A stretch of DNA of 62,047 nucleotides, filler included, from Circinaria calcarea (GCA_051942165.1; 26 parts of 26 records of this genome joined end to end with filler, not necessarily neighbours in it); one strand, 5' to 3'. Positions 1 through 12,725 are shown, counted from the first letter of the whole stretch. Made by a program: numbers and translations. The notes: generated from the letters alone by a model not told the origin.

Positions 1-2290
1 AAGTTAGAGGCTGCACGTCAGTTAGTTCTATCCGACTCCACGCACTACTCCGCCATCCTTCCAGGGATATTACCTATCATCGGAGTCCATTCCCATCTTG
101 AGATTAGGAGATGGGGAGCCAATTTCCTCGCAGAAACATTCGCTAGTCCCCTCCTACTGTTACAGGCGAAGGAGACTCTAAGCATCGTAGCTCTTCCAAC
201 ATTAAAGGAGCTGTTGGAGGTTCCAGGGGAGGACTCTGGAGTGGTGAAAAGCGTCATCCAAGCGGCGGCGAGCATATATGGTCTAGTCCTAAGGTATATG
301 TACGTGAATCATCTCCATCTCTACCCCCGTAGATGCACATGAAGAAGCTCTGGTCGGGGACACGCCTCTGCCAAATGTTTTGGGTTAGGTATACAGGAGC
401 AACGGTATCTTATATGATCTGGACGTTTAGTATCAACAACGCACATGACTCGTCAACATGGGACCGGATGACTTCAATCAAGTCGAATATTTTGAAGAGA
501 TGGGACACGGCTCCTACTGGTGTCCGGCTATGCTGTATCAAGTTCGTCCAGCGCGTGGTACAGGTACAAACACCAGGAGTAATCGCAGACCCTCGAGTGC
601 GTGACCCAATTCTGATTGACAGCTTTCATGAGAACACTGACACTCTATACAGCGCCCCGAACAGAATGAGATATCTCTGGCGTTGGTGCCTCGTGATCAC
701 CCGTTGATCCCACCGCCAAATCTAGAAGCTGAGGCATCGGGGCTCCTGGATCGTCTGCTCAATGTTTTTCATGAAGATATCAGGTACGTAGCTGCGAAGT
801 GTAGAACCTCCCTCCACCGCCTGACCAGCTGTACCCAGTGATGCCGTCCTGGTCAACGGAACGTTGAATTGCCTTGGCATACTCGTTCGAACCCGCCAAT
901 CCATTGCCAATAAGATAGTATCTGCCGTCCTCAATTTCAACCCCCTAAAACAAGCCAATTCTCCAATGTCTCCCAAGCTCAAGGTTCAGATTAAATCAAT
1001 GGAACGAACAACGAGGGCTTTCTTGATGAACGCTTATCGAAGGTGCGTGCGGGTCCTATGGCTTTGATGGATAGTTAGACCTTGCTCATGATGTGGCCAG
1101 GAACGAAAGTGGCCCATTTGCCGGTCGTATCAAACAGTATGTAGAGCGTTTGAGCCAGTCGCGGCTCGAAATCTTTGATGATGGGAATCGAAAACGAGCA
1201 GCACCGAGCGAGCCCACCGATGGCCTTGACAATGCCAAACGGGCACGCCTTGGGGCAGAACTGCCCGATCGTCCAAAGATTCCACCGCTACCTCCTGGAC
1301 CGACAAGTATAGCACAGCTCTATACATTGACCAGTGAGGAGGGTCTTACTTCGTTTGACGTAACCCAGCTGCCTATCGATTTAGTTGTTAGGATAACCCT
1401 TCCAGTTCTCCAGCGGATAGATCATGGACTTCTTGATCAAGCCGTCAATGCAGTTCGGTCACGCCACGTGGACCTTAGTAAAGCTCAGGCGGCTCTTCCC
1501 CAATTACCGCCATTACCTCTTACAGCTCTTGAAGACGAAGATGACGACTATGAGCCGGACTTTGAACCTACAGAAGATAGTGAACAGATCCTCAACAAGG
1601 TAGACGTACTCCCACCAGAAGATTCGCAAAAGCCGACTATCGACCTGGCACTCGGTCCATTCAAGCTACCGCAGCCTCCGCCAATAACGGAAGAACAAGC
1701 AGAACAGCTCGGAAAAGGCACCATCAGCCGGGTATTCAGCATGATGAATGTTCTCGAAGAACCGACAAAGGCACAAAAACCTGGATTACACCGACTGGCT
1801 GGAAGCAGTTACGACAGAGAAGCTTGGATAACGGTGATAACGCGGTTGGCCACCCGTGCTTCTGCCGGGCTATCCGACAATGTGCCTGACGGGGAAAATG
1901 GGGAAACGCAGAATGGGGTAGTCATAAAAGCGAAGAGTCATGGTCTCGGCGATAGTATCCGCGAAATCCTATGGAAATACATCATCGAAGACTTCCGAGT
2001 CCGAATACCAATCGCTATCGCGTGGTTGAATGAAGAATGGTACAACGATCGACTGCAGGCGCAGTTCTCAGAGGGCACCCGGTGGCATGGAGAGTCGAAG
2101 CCCTTACAGCAGAACTTTGAGAAGTGGGCACTGAAGGTTCTAGACGGTATCGTGCCGTATTTAGATGCAAAAGACAAGGTTCTCATCCGGTTTCTTTCAG
2201 AGATACCGGTTGTGAACGACGCAATACTGGAGAGGGTAAAAGGATTAGCCAAGGATCCGGAGAGGGTGGGCTTGGCCGTGAATGCGATTC
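1..2290 (+). CDS. PTA1: mRNA cleavage/polyadenylation factor subunit Pta1 (symplekin family), multi-exon, truncated at both ends
   Basis: Frame 1 reads KLEAARQLVLSDSTHYSAILPGILPIIG..LEIRRWGANFLAETFASP. Later exons give GVRLCCIKFVQRVVQVQTPGVIADPR, NCLGILVRTRQSIANKIVSAVLNFNPLK and DFRVRIPIAIAWLNEEWYND. GT-AG introns at about 300-430, 597-651, 785-839 and 1043-1100. Confidence 0.9.
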
Positions 2291-2403
2291 AGTGAGGCAC
2301 TCTNNNNNNNNNNNNNNNNNNNNNNNNNNNNNNNNNNNNNNNNNNNNTTAATTAATTAANNNNNNNNNNNNNNNNNNNNNNNNNNNNNNNNNNNNNNNNN
2401 NNN

Positions 2404-2699
2404 TAACAGCTCATGGACATATTCTTTGCTGTGAAAGCCTGCATCTCTTCCAAATCACATCTGATCTCTTCGGGGTACAAGTCCTCCTTGGTAGAGACAT
2501 CGTTTGGAGGGGCTGTTAGATGGTTCTGTTCCTCGGTATAAGCCAGTCCTTCCCATGTAGGATCTTTATCGTACTCTTCAAGTTGCTGTAAACGTCGGGC
2601 ATATTTGTAGTCTTCACCGTCTGAGTATGCGTAGTTGTCATGGTGTGAGTGGCCGTGTTTGGCAGATCCAGGCTGGTCATAGGCACCGTATCTACTCAT
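2404..2699 (-). CDS. hypothetical protein, N-terminal fragment
   Basis: ATG-initiated ORF MSRYGAYDQPGS..DYKYARRLQQLEEY open to the contig end; no family recognised. Confidence 0.4.
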
Positions 2700-4552
2700 T
2701 TCGCCAGTAACATGTGCGACGCGCAACAGGCAAGTCTGTTATGGTTTAGCTCAATCTTGTGCTGCTAGCTAGTTGCTTTTGTTTGTCCTCGTATCAATAT
2801 GATTTTGGCGTAGTGACAGTACAGATTGCTGGCTTCTATCGAAGTAAGCTTGAACAAGGAAAGGGTTAAAGAAGGAGCAGGATAAGTGTACTGTCGTACT
2901 GACAAAACCGCATAACATAGCAGGAATGAGCAAGGCAAAGAGACGAGGAATAGTGGTAATGGAGTCATGGTAGTGAATCTAGCGTCTTCTATACTTTTGA
3001 CACACAGCTCCATAGGAAGTGTGAACGGAATAATCAGGTCAGTAGTTCGCCGGAGATGTGCACATGTGAGTCTTTCAGTATCTGTTGTAAATGACTCCAG
3101 TTTTCTTCCCGAATTTTGCCTATGGGCAGATTAGATTAGTTGGAGCAAATATTATAACTTTCGTACTGCCTTATGCTTTACCTATCGATTACGAAAGTAT
3201 TCGCTAAGGAACGATCCAGGAGCATGAGCTAAAGAGTAGATAAGGAAGAGAAAGGGGGATCAAGTCTCCTCGACATAGGGATACTTGATAGGGTCGTCTT
3301 CACCGTAAGTAGAAATTATATCATTAAGGTAAGGTGTAAAGTCGTAGGCACATCTGTTCCGGAGTCAAGTCATCACCGAGGACTGACGCGATCTTCTGAT
3401 CAGAGCCGTAAATGTAGAGAAGGACAGCACAACCCGGCCGGAATGCACTCATGGACATGCTTGTGTACAGAAGCAAGCAAGCACAGCTGAATCCTATCCA
3501 TACCAGATGACGACCAGTGAATAGATGAAACGTGATTGTGAACGATGGGGATCTTTTACCGCCGACGGGATCCTCGAGGTTCTCCGTCTATTTTACTTGG
3601 AGTATTGAGTCACCCTGAAACTGTTGTGAGCAGTCTATTCTCTGGGACGAGCATCCAACGCCGGGCGAGCTTCCATCCCCTGTCACTCTAGCGCCCGATC
3701 ACCAATGGAAATCGATTGAAGCTGAAGTTGAGGCTCGAGGACTGTATAGTGCTTACCTAAGTATGTTCCTCCGAAGTAGATTCGCTAAATATGACCCGAT
3801 ATGGTAGCGCCTTCATTATTTTAGGATGACTGTGATTGGCTATATCATCTCTACCAGAACCGCTTATCTCCAACCCCATCTCCCGCCGCATCTCGGAATA
3901 AGCCGATCAAATCCAACCTTCAACGGCCATTCCATCTCATCGAGCCCCACACTCCGGACATGGAGGCGAGATGAGAGCGGGACAACGCGGGGGATCACCT
4001 CCAGGACCGACCATCATGGCGCGTAGGAATGTCCCCGGCGGTTGGTGACGAGCTCCGACAGGCTCTCCCCTCCCCCCATCCAAGTCCAACAACATGCCAT
4101 ACTCTCGACCTTGGTCCCTGAAGCTCTTCTTGACCTGTGGTCCCGAGTATATCCTCAGAGAATTGAAACCCTCGGTACAGGCCGAATCTCGGTTACGAGG
4201 CTCAGGGTCACGGCAACGTAGGTTATGTCCTGGTCAGCGGCAGTGGCATTGGGTTGGCCGCATCACTCCAATCTTCACCGCAACCCTCTTCTCATGGCGC
4301 GTATAAGGCCGGAAGGCTCTGCCCATACGAGTCCGATCTTTCATCTCTAGAGCCAAGTCTTTCTTTCCACAGCTGTACAGCCAGCCATTCTTTTCTGGCT
4401 ACTGTCCATACTCTCTTTCAACCCTACTCTCGTTTATCGTCCGTATCGTCTTCATTGATTGAAGCTGGGATACTTTTTCTGCTCCACTCTATTCTCTAGC
4501 CAGCTCTGTTGAAACCCACATTCGTTTACGGTTACACGGAATCCGCGCCGAT

Positions 4553-4701
4553 ATGTCCTGGATGAAAATAGCTGCCCTCGTTGGCTTTATTGCCTCCATC
4601 TCCCATGTCACTGCCCACGGTAGAGTCTCCGGCATCGTTGCAGATGGTGTCTACTACCAAGGATATAGCCCTAGCTTTCAGTATTCGCCCACGCCTCCTA
4701 C
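4553..4701 (+). CDS. AA9 (GH61) lytic polysaccharide monooxygenase, N-terminal fragment
   Basis: Signal peptide MSWMKIAALVGFIASISHVTA followed by mature N-terminal His: HGRVSGIVADGVYYQGYSPSFQYSPTPP, a typical AA9 start. TATAAG at about 4302. Confidence 0.85.
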
Positions 4702-5315
4702 NNNNNNNNNNNNNNNNNNNNNNNNNNNNNNNNNNNNNNNNNNNNTTAATTAATTAANNNNNNNNNNNNNNNNNNNNNNNNNNNNNNNNNNNNNNNNNNN
4801 NCAGGAGGAAGGTAAGATAGGAGCGCGAGCATGAAATGGGCAGGCGGCAGTGCTAACAGGATGGGGTAGCGAACGCGAAAAAGCAGGCCGAGAGTGCCGG
4901 GAAGAAGTGAAGGGATTTCCTTACAGCTCAAATGCAAAAGTACGAGTAGACGGCAATAGATGTGTACGATGTTTGTGGAGGTCCCAGTCTGAATTAGACG
5001 GGAGTCTCATTCAAGATTGATGTGGTATTAGCGCGGCGTCATCAGGGCATACAAGATTTTCTAGAGGCAGCTGTAACAAAGGCTTACGCTGTCACAATCA
5101 GACACCCACTGTTGATGCAAAACTAGATTCCGCGACATCATTGATGTGTACAGATTGAAGCCTTCAGAATCCATTGGAATTTAGTCCACTCTCTCCACGT
5201 TTTCTCAATGCTGTGTTAAGCTGCAGCATTTCCTCTCCCTCAACCTGTCCCATCTGCCTTCTTTGTTACTTAGTCCTTTCCTCTGCCCTCGACCTCCCGC
5301 CTACTTTTCTATTCC

Positions 5316-5612
5316 TTAGTCCTTTCCTCTCCCAGCCACCGTGCCCCCAGGTCCCTTCGTCTCTATCCCCGTTGACGACTTCGGCTCCATCTGAGGATCG
5401 GGTTGTTTGGCTGGATGCTCATCTCCGGGCGTATTCGGTGTGCCATGCTTTTCTTCTGCGGTGGGAGGTGGAGGTTTGTCGCTAGGCGTGTCCTTTTGCG
5501 GAGTGCCCGAACCCGTACCAGGTGGGGAGTTATCTGTTGCGTATAGACGAGATGCTGGACGCAGAGTGGTGTGAGAACCCGATGGAAGCCGACGGAGAGC
5601 GGGGAGACGCAT
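5316..5612 (-). CDS. small (98 aa) Pro/Thr/Lys-rich protein with likely mitochondrial presequence
   Basis: MRLPALRRLPSGSHTTLRPASRLYA is Arg-rich, acid-free and has an RxY|A-like cleavage motif; the rest is a disordered tail (EHPAKQPDPQ). Confidence 0.55.
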   Translation of the reverse strand: MRLPALRRLPSGSHTTLRPASRLYATDNSPPGTGSGTPQKDTPSDKPPPPTAEEKHGTPNTPGDEHPAKQPDPQMEPKSSTGIETKGPGGTVAGRGKD

Positions 5613-6140
5613 GATCGCAATTGACTTGAACTTTTCGGAGGTAAGGCGTAATGGCGGCTGATGTTGTCGTGGTTCGAGCATCGAGAAGGAGTTAGTACTG
5701 TATGCCGTTCGGTCATTACATCATTGGGATCTTTGTAGCCGTGACCGGGCCGCGAACTCCGGCTGTTGGCTGATCTTTTGGCCGAGCAGTAGATGGTCCT
5801 GCAAGCTTGATATCGATCCGAAAGACATTTCTGGCGACTCCAATCCGCCCTGGCAGTACCCAAGATAGGGTAGTGCTGGTCTTCTAGTTACAAACATGTC
5901 GCTTCTCCACGACTAGCGCCGCCGGATCACCTTTACCTTGCAATTCAGGATATGGTGACTGCATTGACCATACCAACCCACTCATTCACATCCTGAATTT
6001 CAGGCCGATATGACTGAGAGCTGTACGAATAGTCTGCCTGCATGAGAAGTCGCGGGGTTTGTGGAGAACTCAACTCTCTATATAAGATCTTGTATCAGCT
6101 TGACTCAACCCCTTAGGTAGACAAATTAGCCGATGCCTCA

Positions 6141-7097
6141 TCAGGGGCTCTGCTTCGTAATGCGTGCTCCCCTATCCAACAATGCCGTTATTGCCGGATC
6201 CTCTGGGTGTGGAGGCTGATCTTTGGCGACGAACATAGTATTCGTGATCAAAGCGTTTTGAAAATATCGACTGGCCTTCTTTTCCCGAAGTTGACGTCTC
6301 CTCTGGTAGCTTTGGTAAGTACACTCGTCCAAGGTAGCGTAAAGGTATTTTGGATGGACCCCTATTAATTGCGCGCCTTTTTGCCCAAAGCCAAAAGACG
6401 TAAGGGAAAAGGCTTTGATGCCGTTTGTCTGGATGCTGGTGCTTGGAAAGACAACATGTTCAAACTGGTTAAGAGACTCGTCTATGTTGTCGGCATTCCT
6501 ATTCCCAGGTACCAGCCCACTACTGAGCATCTGCATGCACCCATTGAGCATCCATGCACCGGCGGCACCTTTGGGATGGCCGGTTAGGTATTTCTGAGTA
6601 ACCCCCATGATCATGTTTCCTTTTTTTCGGCCAAGGCTCTTCAACTGCTGCTGCACTACTTCCACTTCATTCTTATCCCCTATGATCGTTGAAGTCCCGT
6701 GGAAGGAAGTGACGCTGACATCGTCAATAGTGAGGCCCCAGGTTGCTAAGGCCCCTCGCAAAGGTGAGATTCGATTGTCATTGGCCCAGAAATGGCTCCC
6801 GAAGCTGTTCATTGCTTCTTTCTCCTGCCGTTGAGCTTCCTGGTCTATATGGTGGATGTTTTCCTTCATGTAAGTTGGGACGTCGAACGTCACATCTGTT
6901 GTTTTCATATTCTCAGCTTCCTCATACATCCACGCCAACTGCAAGGCCCGAATATCATTTATCTGCATTCTTCGCAATTCGAGTTGCCTTCTGCGGTAAT
7001 TAATATCTAGGAGCGGTGACGGAAATGCGGTTAATGTCTCTGCGGCGCATCCTACAATTCCTTTCCCAGGAGCAGGTATCGAACGGCCAAGTTTGTC
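6141..7097 (-). CDS. fungal fatty acid synthase alpha subunit, C-terminal ketoacyl-synthase region, ending without a PPT domain
   Basis: DKLGRSIPAPGKG, ISPLRGALATWGLTIDD, SFHGTST, QKYLTGHPKGAAGAWM, PGNRNADNID, TSFGFGQKG, HPKYL, FVAKDQPP, then a stop about 20 aa later. Confidence 0.93.
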   Translation of the reverse strand, partial: DKLGRSIPAPGKGIVGCAAETLTAFPSPLLDINYRRRQLELRRMQINDIRALQLAWMYEEAENMKTTDVTFDVPTYMKENIHHIDQEAQRQEKEAMNSFGSHFWANDNRISPLRGALATWGLTIDDVSVTSFHGTSTIIGDKNEVEVVQQQLKSLGRKKGNMIMGVTQKYLTGHPKGAAGAWMLNGCMQMLSSGLVPGNRNADNIDESLNQFEHVVFPSTSIQTNGIKAFSLTSFGFGQKGAQLIGVHPKYLYATLDECTYQSYQRRRQLREKKASRYFQNALITNTMFVAKDQPPHPEDPAITALLDRGARITKQSP

Positions 7098-7310
7098 NNN
7101 NNNNNNNNNNNNNNNNNNNNNNNNNNNNNNNNNNNNNNNNNTTAATTAATTAANNNNNNNNNNNNNNNNNNNNNNNNNNNNNNNNNNNNNNNNNNNNCGC
7201 GCCAATGCTTTTCCTTGGGATCTAGGTTCCCCAAGCACATACAAACATGTATGAAATCTCACCTTGACATGTACACCCCTTCACCAAGCTCAAGCCCCTT
7301 TTACCGCTTC

Positions 7311-9491
7311 TCAAGGACTTACAACCTCATACCCGGCGATCCCACTGTTCGCCTCCCAATTGTCTAACAACCGACCAATCTCCTTGAACGAGATTGGTTT
7401 GGTCATAAAGAGGTCCACGCCGCTTGTGAAGGCTTCGCTTTGATCTTTACTAGATGCCAATCCAGTCAAGGCGATTATCAAAGCAGGAGACGACCTTTCG
7501 GAGGCATCACTTGCCATTAGCCTAGCCTCGCGGCGTGATTCTTCAAGCTCACGGATTGCACGGGTGGCTTCGAAACCGTCCATCACAGGCATCGAGATAT
7601 CCATGAAAATGATATCATAACCGTCCTCTTGCATTTTCGCCGCCTGAACCGCTAAACAACCGTTTTCGGCCGAATCAACAAGTTGGTATTTCCGTTTCCT
7701 CATAAAAGTCTGCAAGAGCCTCAAGTTGATCTTGTTGTCATCGACTAACAGCAATCTCGGTGACCGTGCTTCGCTTTCTGGTGTAGAAGGTGTTGCAATA
7801 TTTCCAAACCTTGCGGACGCTGTTCTGCCTTGTTTGCTCACTGCTGATAGAGTCGTTTCGTCTGTGGGATCCTCTCCGTCCAAAGATTCATGTTCAGTGA
7901 CCCTTTCTTCCAAGTTCGAGTCTCTGTCTGCACGGCTCATAAGATCATTACTTGATTCTGCACTACTCACATTCAGGTGACTTTCTTGGAGTGGAAAAGG
8001 AAAATCCGGGCCACGAGGCTGCGCATCATTGTCTTTCGAAGTGCCATCGGAGGAGCTTCCCAGAGCCATGTGTGCGTTCGCGGTCTCAGTTGCCGTTATT
8101 TTGCCATTAGTCTGTACATACATGGGCGTGATTTCATCATCTCCCGTAAGCGTTGCAGCTTCAAACTCTTTTATCGGAGGGTCGACGTCAGCACCCACGG
8201 TACTGCCTCTTGCTGCCTCAGTAGCCACATAAAAACCGCCTTGTATAGCCTTTGCTTTATCAAAGCATTGTCTGAAAGCTCTCGCAAGCTTATAGGGACC
8301 AAAAGGCTTTGAAACGAATTCTACGATACCTGCGCTGTTATTTTGAAGTGAATTCTGGCTATATCGTGACGAATTACTGCACAGAGCAATAATGCTTGTA
8401 CCTTGAGCCCCTTCTGACAGGAGTGCAGGGAGATGCCGTTCATCAACAATGATAATGTCGGGTCGCTTAGCTGGAGGCCATGACGGGAGCACTTCGAGAC
8501 CATACCACGTGGAGATGTAGTGTCTCAAGACCCTGCCAACCTCAGGAGATGGGAGGCTCACAGTGTTCGAAGAATCATCAAAGCCATACATAGATACGAC
8601 CGCTCCTGATGCTTGCGCTTGCAATACACTTACCGAGTCATCCTGCGATCGGTCTATTGATGATGTAGTGCTTGGAGTTGATACGGGTGTATCTGAAGTT
8701 GGTGTTCTCATTAAGGGTAGCGAAATCTTGACCTCTGTACCTTTGCCGACTTGGCTACGGATGTCAATTGAACCCCCCAACATATTCGTAATACTACGGA
8801 CCATAGAAAGTCCAAGGCTGTATATCAGATCAACACGTGAAATATCTCCCTTGTGTAAAAGAAGGGACATACCCTGTACCAGGCGCAAGTGTGTTTTCTT
8901 GCGCAAAGGCTGTACAAGCAATCAGCAACCTGCATACAAGGACAACCAACTTTCCAGACTTACGTGTGAACAGACGGGTTCGTAGGTATTGACTTGATAT
9001 GCCTCTTCCAGTATCTATGAATTTGAGTACCAACATCTTTCCGATCGCCTTATCTTGCCCCGTGGCGGTGTTGGAATCACCGTCAAGTTTATGTTGTTCC
9101 AACTTCACAAAAATTGTTCCTTCCTCTGTGTATTTCAGCGCATTGCCAAAGACATTCATAATGATTCTTCGAACGGCTCCAGGCTGCGTGGTGAAGGTGA
9201 AGTCACCCTTGTCAATATCTAATATGACCTCAACTGGCTTCCTAGTTACTTGGGCACCCGACCCTCCAAGCAAGGCACGATTTGCTGATGGAAGCCCTCG
9301 GTCTGACGTCCGTCCACGGTTCCCAGCAGATATGTCTGAGATGTCCGTTGAACTGATGTCCTGATAAGTTTGGCCAGCATAAACGCCTTCGACCACCTCC
9401 TCTGTATACAAGTTTAGCATCCAACTCGACTGTCAGTTGCTATAACTTACCACAGATAGCGGCCACGTCAGTAATGGCATAAATGTTGAGC
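7311..9491 (-). CDS. hybrid sensor histidine kinase/response regulator, C-terminal part
   Basis: N-box (RRIIMNVFGNALKYT), G1 (DTGRGIS), F (LFT-PFAQEN) and G2 (GTG-LGLS) boxes, interrupted by introns. Receiver domain LLVDDNKINL..DIIFMDISMPVMDG..TGLAS..FMTKP. Confidence 0.93.
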
Positions 9492-10120
9492 NNNNNNNNN
9501 NNNNNNNNNNNNNNNNNNNNNNNNNNNNNNNNNNNTTAATTAATTAANNNNNNNNNNNNNNNNNNNNNNNNNNNNNNNNNNNNNNNNNNNNCTATGTTCC
9601 GGAGGTTGAATATCGGGCGTTTCCAGGAGATCTTCGATATTACACGGTCGTATATTCGAAATTAATCTAGAAAAAACAAAATTTCCTGTGCCGCATATAT
9701 AAGTATGCCAGCCTTAAAGGCTTTGAGCGATATGAATTTCTGATCGAGTTTTAGACAATCCATGATGTGTAGAATAAACAAAGATAGAGCATTATAGAAT
9801 TCTATCATATTCATATATAAAATTATATAACTTCCCCGAACCCAGGCCAACACGTGATAGCTGGCTGATTAAGGTGCCGCCGCTTTGCTCTCCCGCTAAT
9901 ATCTATTTCGTCGATATGCTCCCTCACTGCTCTCCCCTGCTCCCTCGTTGCCCCCTTATACTCCTTCTCTGCTCCCCTCAGCCACTTCCTACTCTTTAGC
10001 TACTATTGCGTTGTTGAAGTGTAAAGAATTCGCCTCACCCAAAAAAAAAAAAGCTCCCAATGAGCTAAAACGATCCGACCTCCGATTGCGGCACGCTTTT
10101 CCCTTCCCTCAAGTAGAAGT

Positions 10121-11884
10121 ATGGCTACAATAGCCATTGTGACAACAAACTCTGCCGAAGTGAAACACGTCACTCTGTAACAACACATTTAGCCCCGAGG
10201 TACCAAGATTTACCACGCCGAGCACTCACAGACAGAAAAGGTCTAACTGTCTTTGGTGGACCGTGACCTTAAATTGTACTATTTATTACAGAAGAATTCC
10301 CAACGGAGCTTGGGAGACAGCTGCAGATCTATTGGAAGGAGAGATGGTCACAAATGGAGGTTTTGAAGAGATGAGCCTCACCGATAAAGGTGAGTAGAGA
10401 TCTGGTTCAGCGGGAGAATACCTTGAAGATGCCTTTAAAAATCGAGATGCAGCTGCAATTGCTAACGAAGTCGAAAAATCTATAGATGAAGAACATGAAG
10501 ACTCCAACGAGGCCGATGGGAACAAGATTATTTCAGACTCTTCAAAAACTAATGATAGGCTTCTGAAAGAAAAATCGGCCAGTGTAATCATAATTAAATT
10601 CAAGTACAGTTCTACTGATATCAATCGATTTATAGCTGAAAATACGGTTTTAAGGACAATTTGAACGAGATTGGATTCTACCAATACTATTCGATATCTT
10701 TTTGAGCAAGCAGAAATCATATCTTGTTGCGTGCCTGGGGGAATTGTGCGAGCATATCATTGTGCATCATTCTTTGGAGTATATTCTTGAAAAGATACCG
10801 AAAACAGGGCCATGGGTACACGACGCCATAACTCAATTCAGGGAAAAAGAAGGACAAAAATGCCTTTTAGTGCTAGGCGTTTGCCCACAATATCGCGAGG
10901 ATAATTGGAGATTAAAGGATATCCCTCAGTCTCTGGCAAATCAGATTTCGTTTGGGGATGCCTTTACTATTGCGATACGAAAGCTCTTTCTCACAGCAAT
11001 ATTCCTTTTCTCACGAAAAGAATGTCGTAAGACAAAATCTAGGGGTTAGTTGTAATTAGTATCTATGAGACCTAACTGATAAGCAGTGTAGATCGTGCAT
11101 ACCAAGGATGTCTTGAACCTTCGCACAAGGAAGCACCATACCTATTTTGCGCGACTCGTTAGGAAATACTCATTGCTGAGGAAATCTTCAAGATTCAATT
11201 CGAAGCATGTGCTGCGTTTTCGAGTGGATCACATGATATTGCCAAAAACCTGGGTATGAAAGTCTTTGAGATCAAGGATCCTGGCCACATCGGTAGAGAC
11301 AAGAGGTCGCCTTGGGTATCACGAATCACAATGGAAGCGATTTCACAAGAAATTTCAGAAATTGACGGACGCAGTCCAGAAAGTGTTTACGAACTTCTTC
11401 GAACTGTCTTCCACACTGGTAAGATTCTTGCCTTCTTTAGAAATAACGCCGTCTTTTATGCTAACAATGTTTTAGCCCGTCCTGGTTGGAACCTCCCAGA
11501 ATGGAGGCAAGAAGCTCCAATTTCGTTTCGGCGAATTGCTAGACTCAAAGCAATCGAGAAATCTCTTGATGATACTACCAAGAAGACCAAGTACGAGGGA
11601 GGCGTTGAGTCAGAACCAGCAACAGAGCCATGGCAGCTCGCGTTCCAGAGATGCGAAGAATCACGTAAAAAAACGCAACGAGCATGTCAGGGCCAATTAT
11701 AATGGCCTTGACATCGATGCAAGGAATTCAAAGATCGAGTGGCAGAAGGACTACCGTCGACGACATGGAGAGGAGAGCAATAGGAAGAGACGGGAAAAAC
11801 GAGCGAAAGAACGCGATGCCGCAGGTGTGAAGAAAGAGAAAGGGAAGCCTCGGGGATCGTATTCCAAATCAGCAAAAGACTTTC
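10121..11884 (+). CDS. hypothetical multi-exon protein, possibly degenerate; basic C-terminal region
   Basis: Chain of same-strand ORFs (10121-, 10290-, 10702-11049, 11256-11702, 11536-11884) with plausible introns and an apparent frame change near the A-run at about 11667; no family recognised. Confidence 0.4.
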
Positions 11885-11984
11885 NNNNNNNNNNNNNNNN
11901 NNNNNNNNNNNNNNNNNNNNNNNNNNNNTTAATTAATTAANNNNNNNNNNNNNNNNNNNNNNNNNNNNNNNNNNNNNNNNNNNN

Positions 11985-12725
11985 GCGGTTGAGGGCGAGG
12001 CTGAAGACGGGAGGGACGTTCCCTTGGGTGTACATGTTTGTGAAGATGGGGTTGTATGTGATTGTGTTGTTCCTGGAGTCCTTACTGGGGTCAGTGCCCA
12101 TAAAGGCACTCGTGATGGAAGGAAACGCCAGGCCGATGAGTCCACTTGATACTCCATCGCCGTTCCATGCGGCGAAGTCCACGAGTCCAACTTGCTGATT
12201 CTTGACTGTGATTCCCGCCAGGGTCACCTTCTCGGTTCCTTGTATACCCGTCACGACCTCTCCGTCAGCGTAGGAGATGTTGAGGTTCTCGTTCGGGATC
12301 TGCTTGAAGGTCTGTGAGATGCTGTAAGTGGGCCCGAACCCGCATTCCGCCTCTGGTAGAGATGCACCGTTCGCAAGACTGATACATTCAAATCCAGACC
12401 CCGCTAGCCAGGTATCGCTACTCCCGGTATCAAGGATGGCATCGAAAGTCTCAGTGCCGAACGTGATTGGCGCAAGGAAGACTTGGCCAGCTGCGATCTT
12501 CAAGAGGGCAACACCGTATGTACCATCGACCTCTGGTCGAGTCCGCACTGCATGCAGATATGCATGACTGAGTGAACCAGACCTTCGTGTCAGAGGAACG
12601 GTATTTGAAGAGACTATATTTGGGCTGACGTTCTGGAAAGCCGTTGGAGTGTAGCCGCCAACCTTGAAGCTGGTGGCCCACGCAAGTGACACCGAGGTAA
12701 GGGAGAGAAGACAGGAGAACAACAT
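11985..12725 (-). CDS. secreted pepsin-like aspartic protease (A1), N-terminal part
   Basis: Signal peptide MLFSCLLSLTSVSLAWA, catalytic DTGSSDTW, flap ISYADGE, SGLIGLAFP, PPVFSLALNR. Confidence 0.93.

Noticed and set aside
2348..2359. Recurrent TTAATTAATTAA as a biological motif (PacI-like site, piggyBac TSD)
   Set aside because: Always centred in N-runs; an artificial linker.
4553..12725. Apparent cluster of LPMO, FAS, histidine kinase and protease
   Set aside because: The genes lie on separate, artificially joined contigs.
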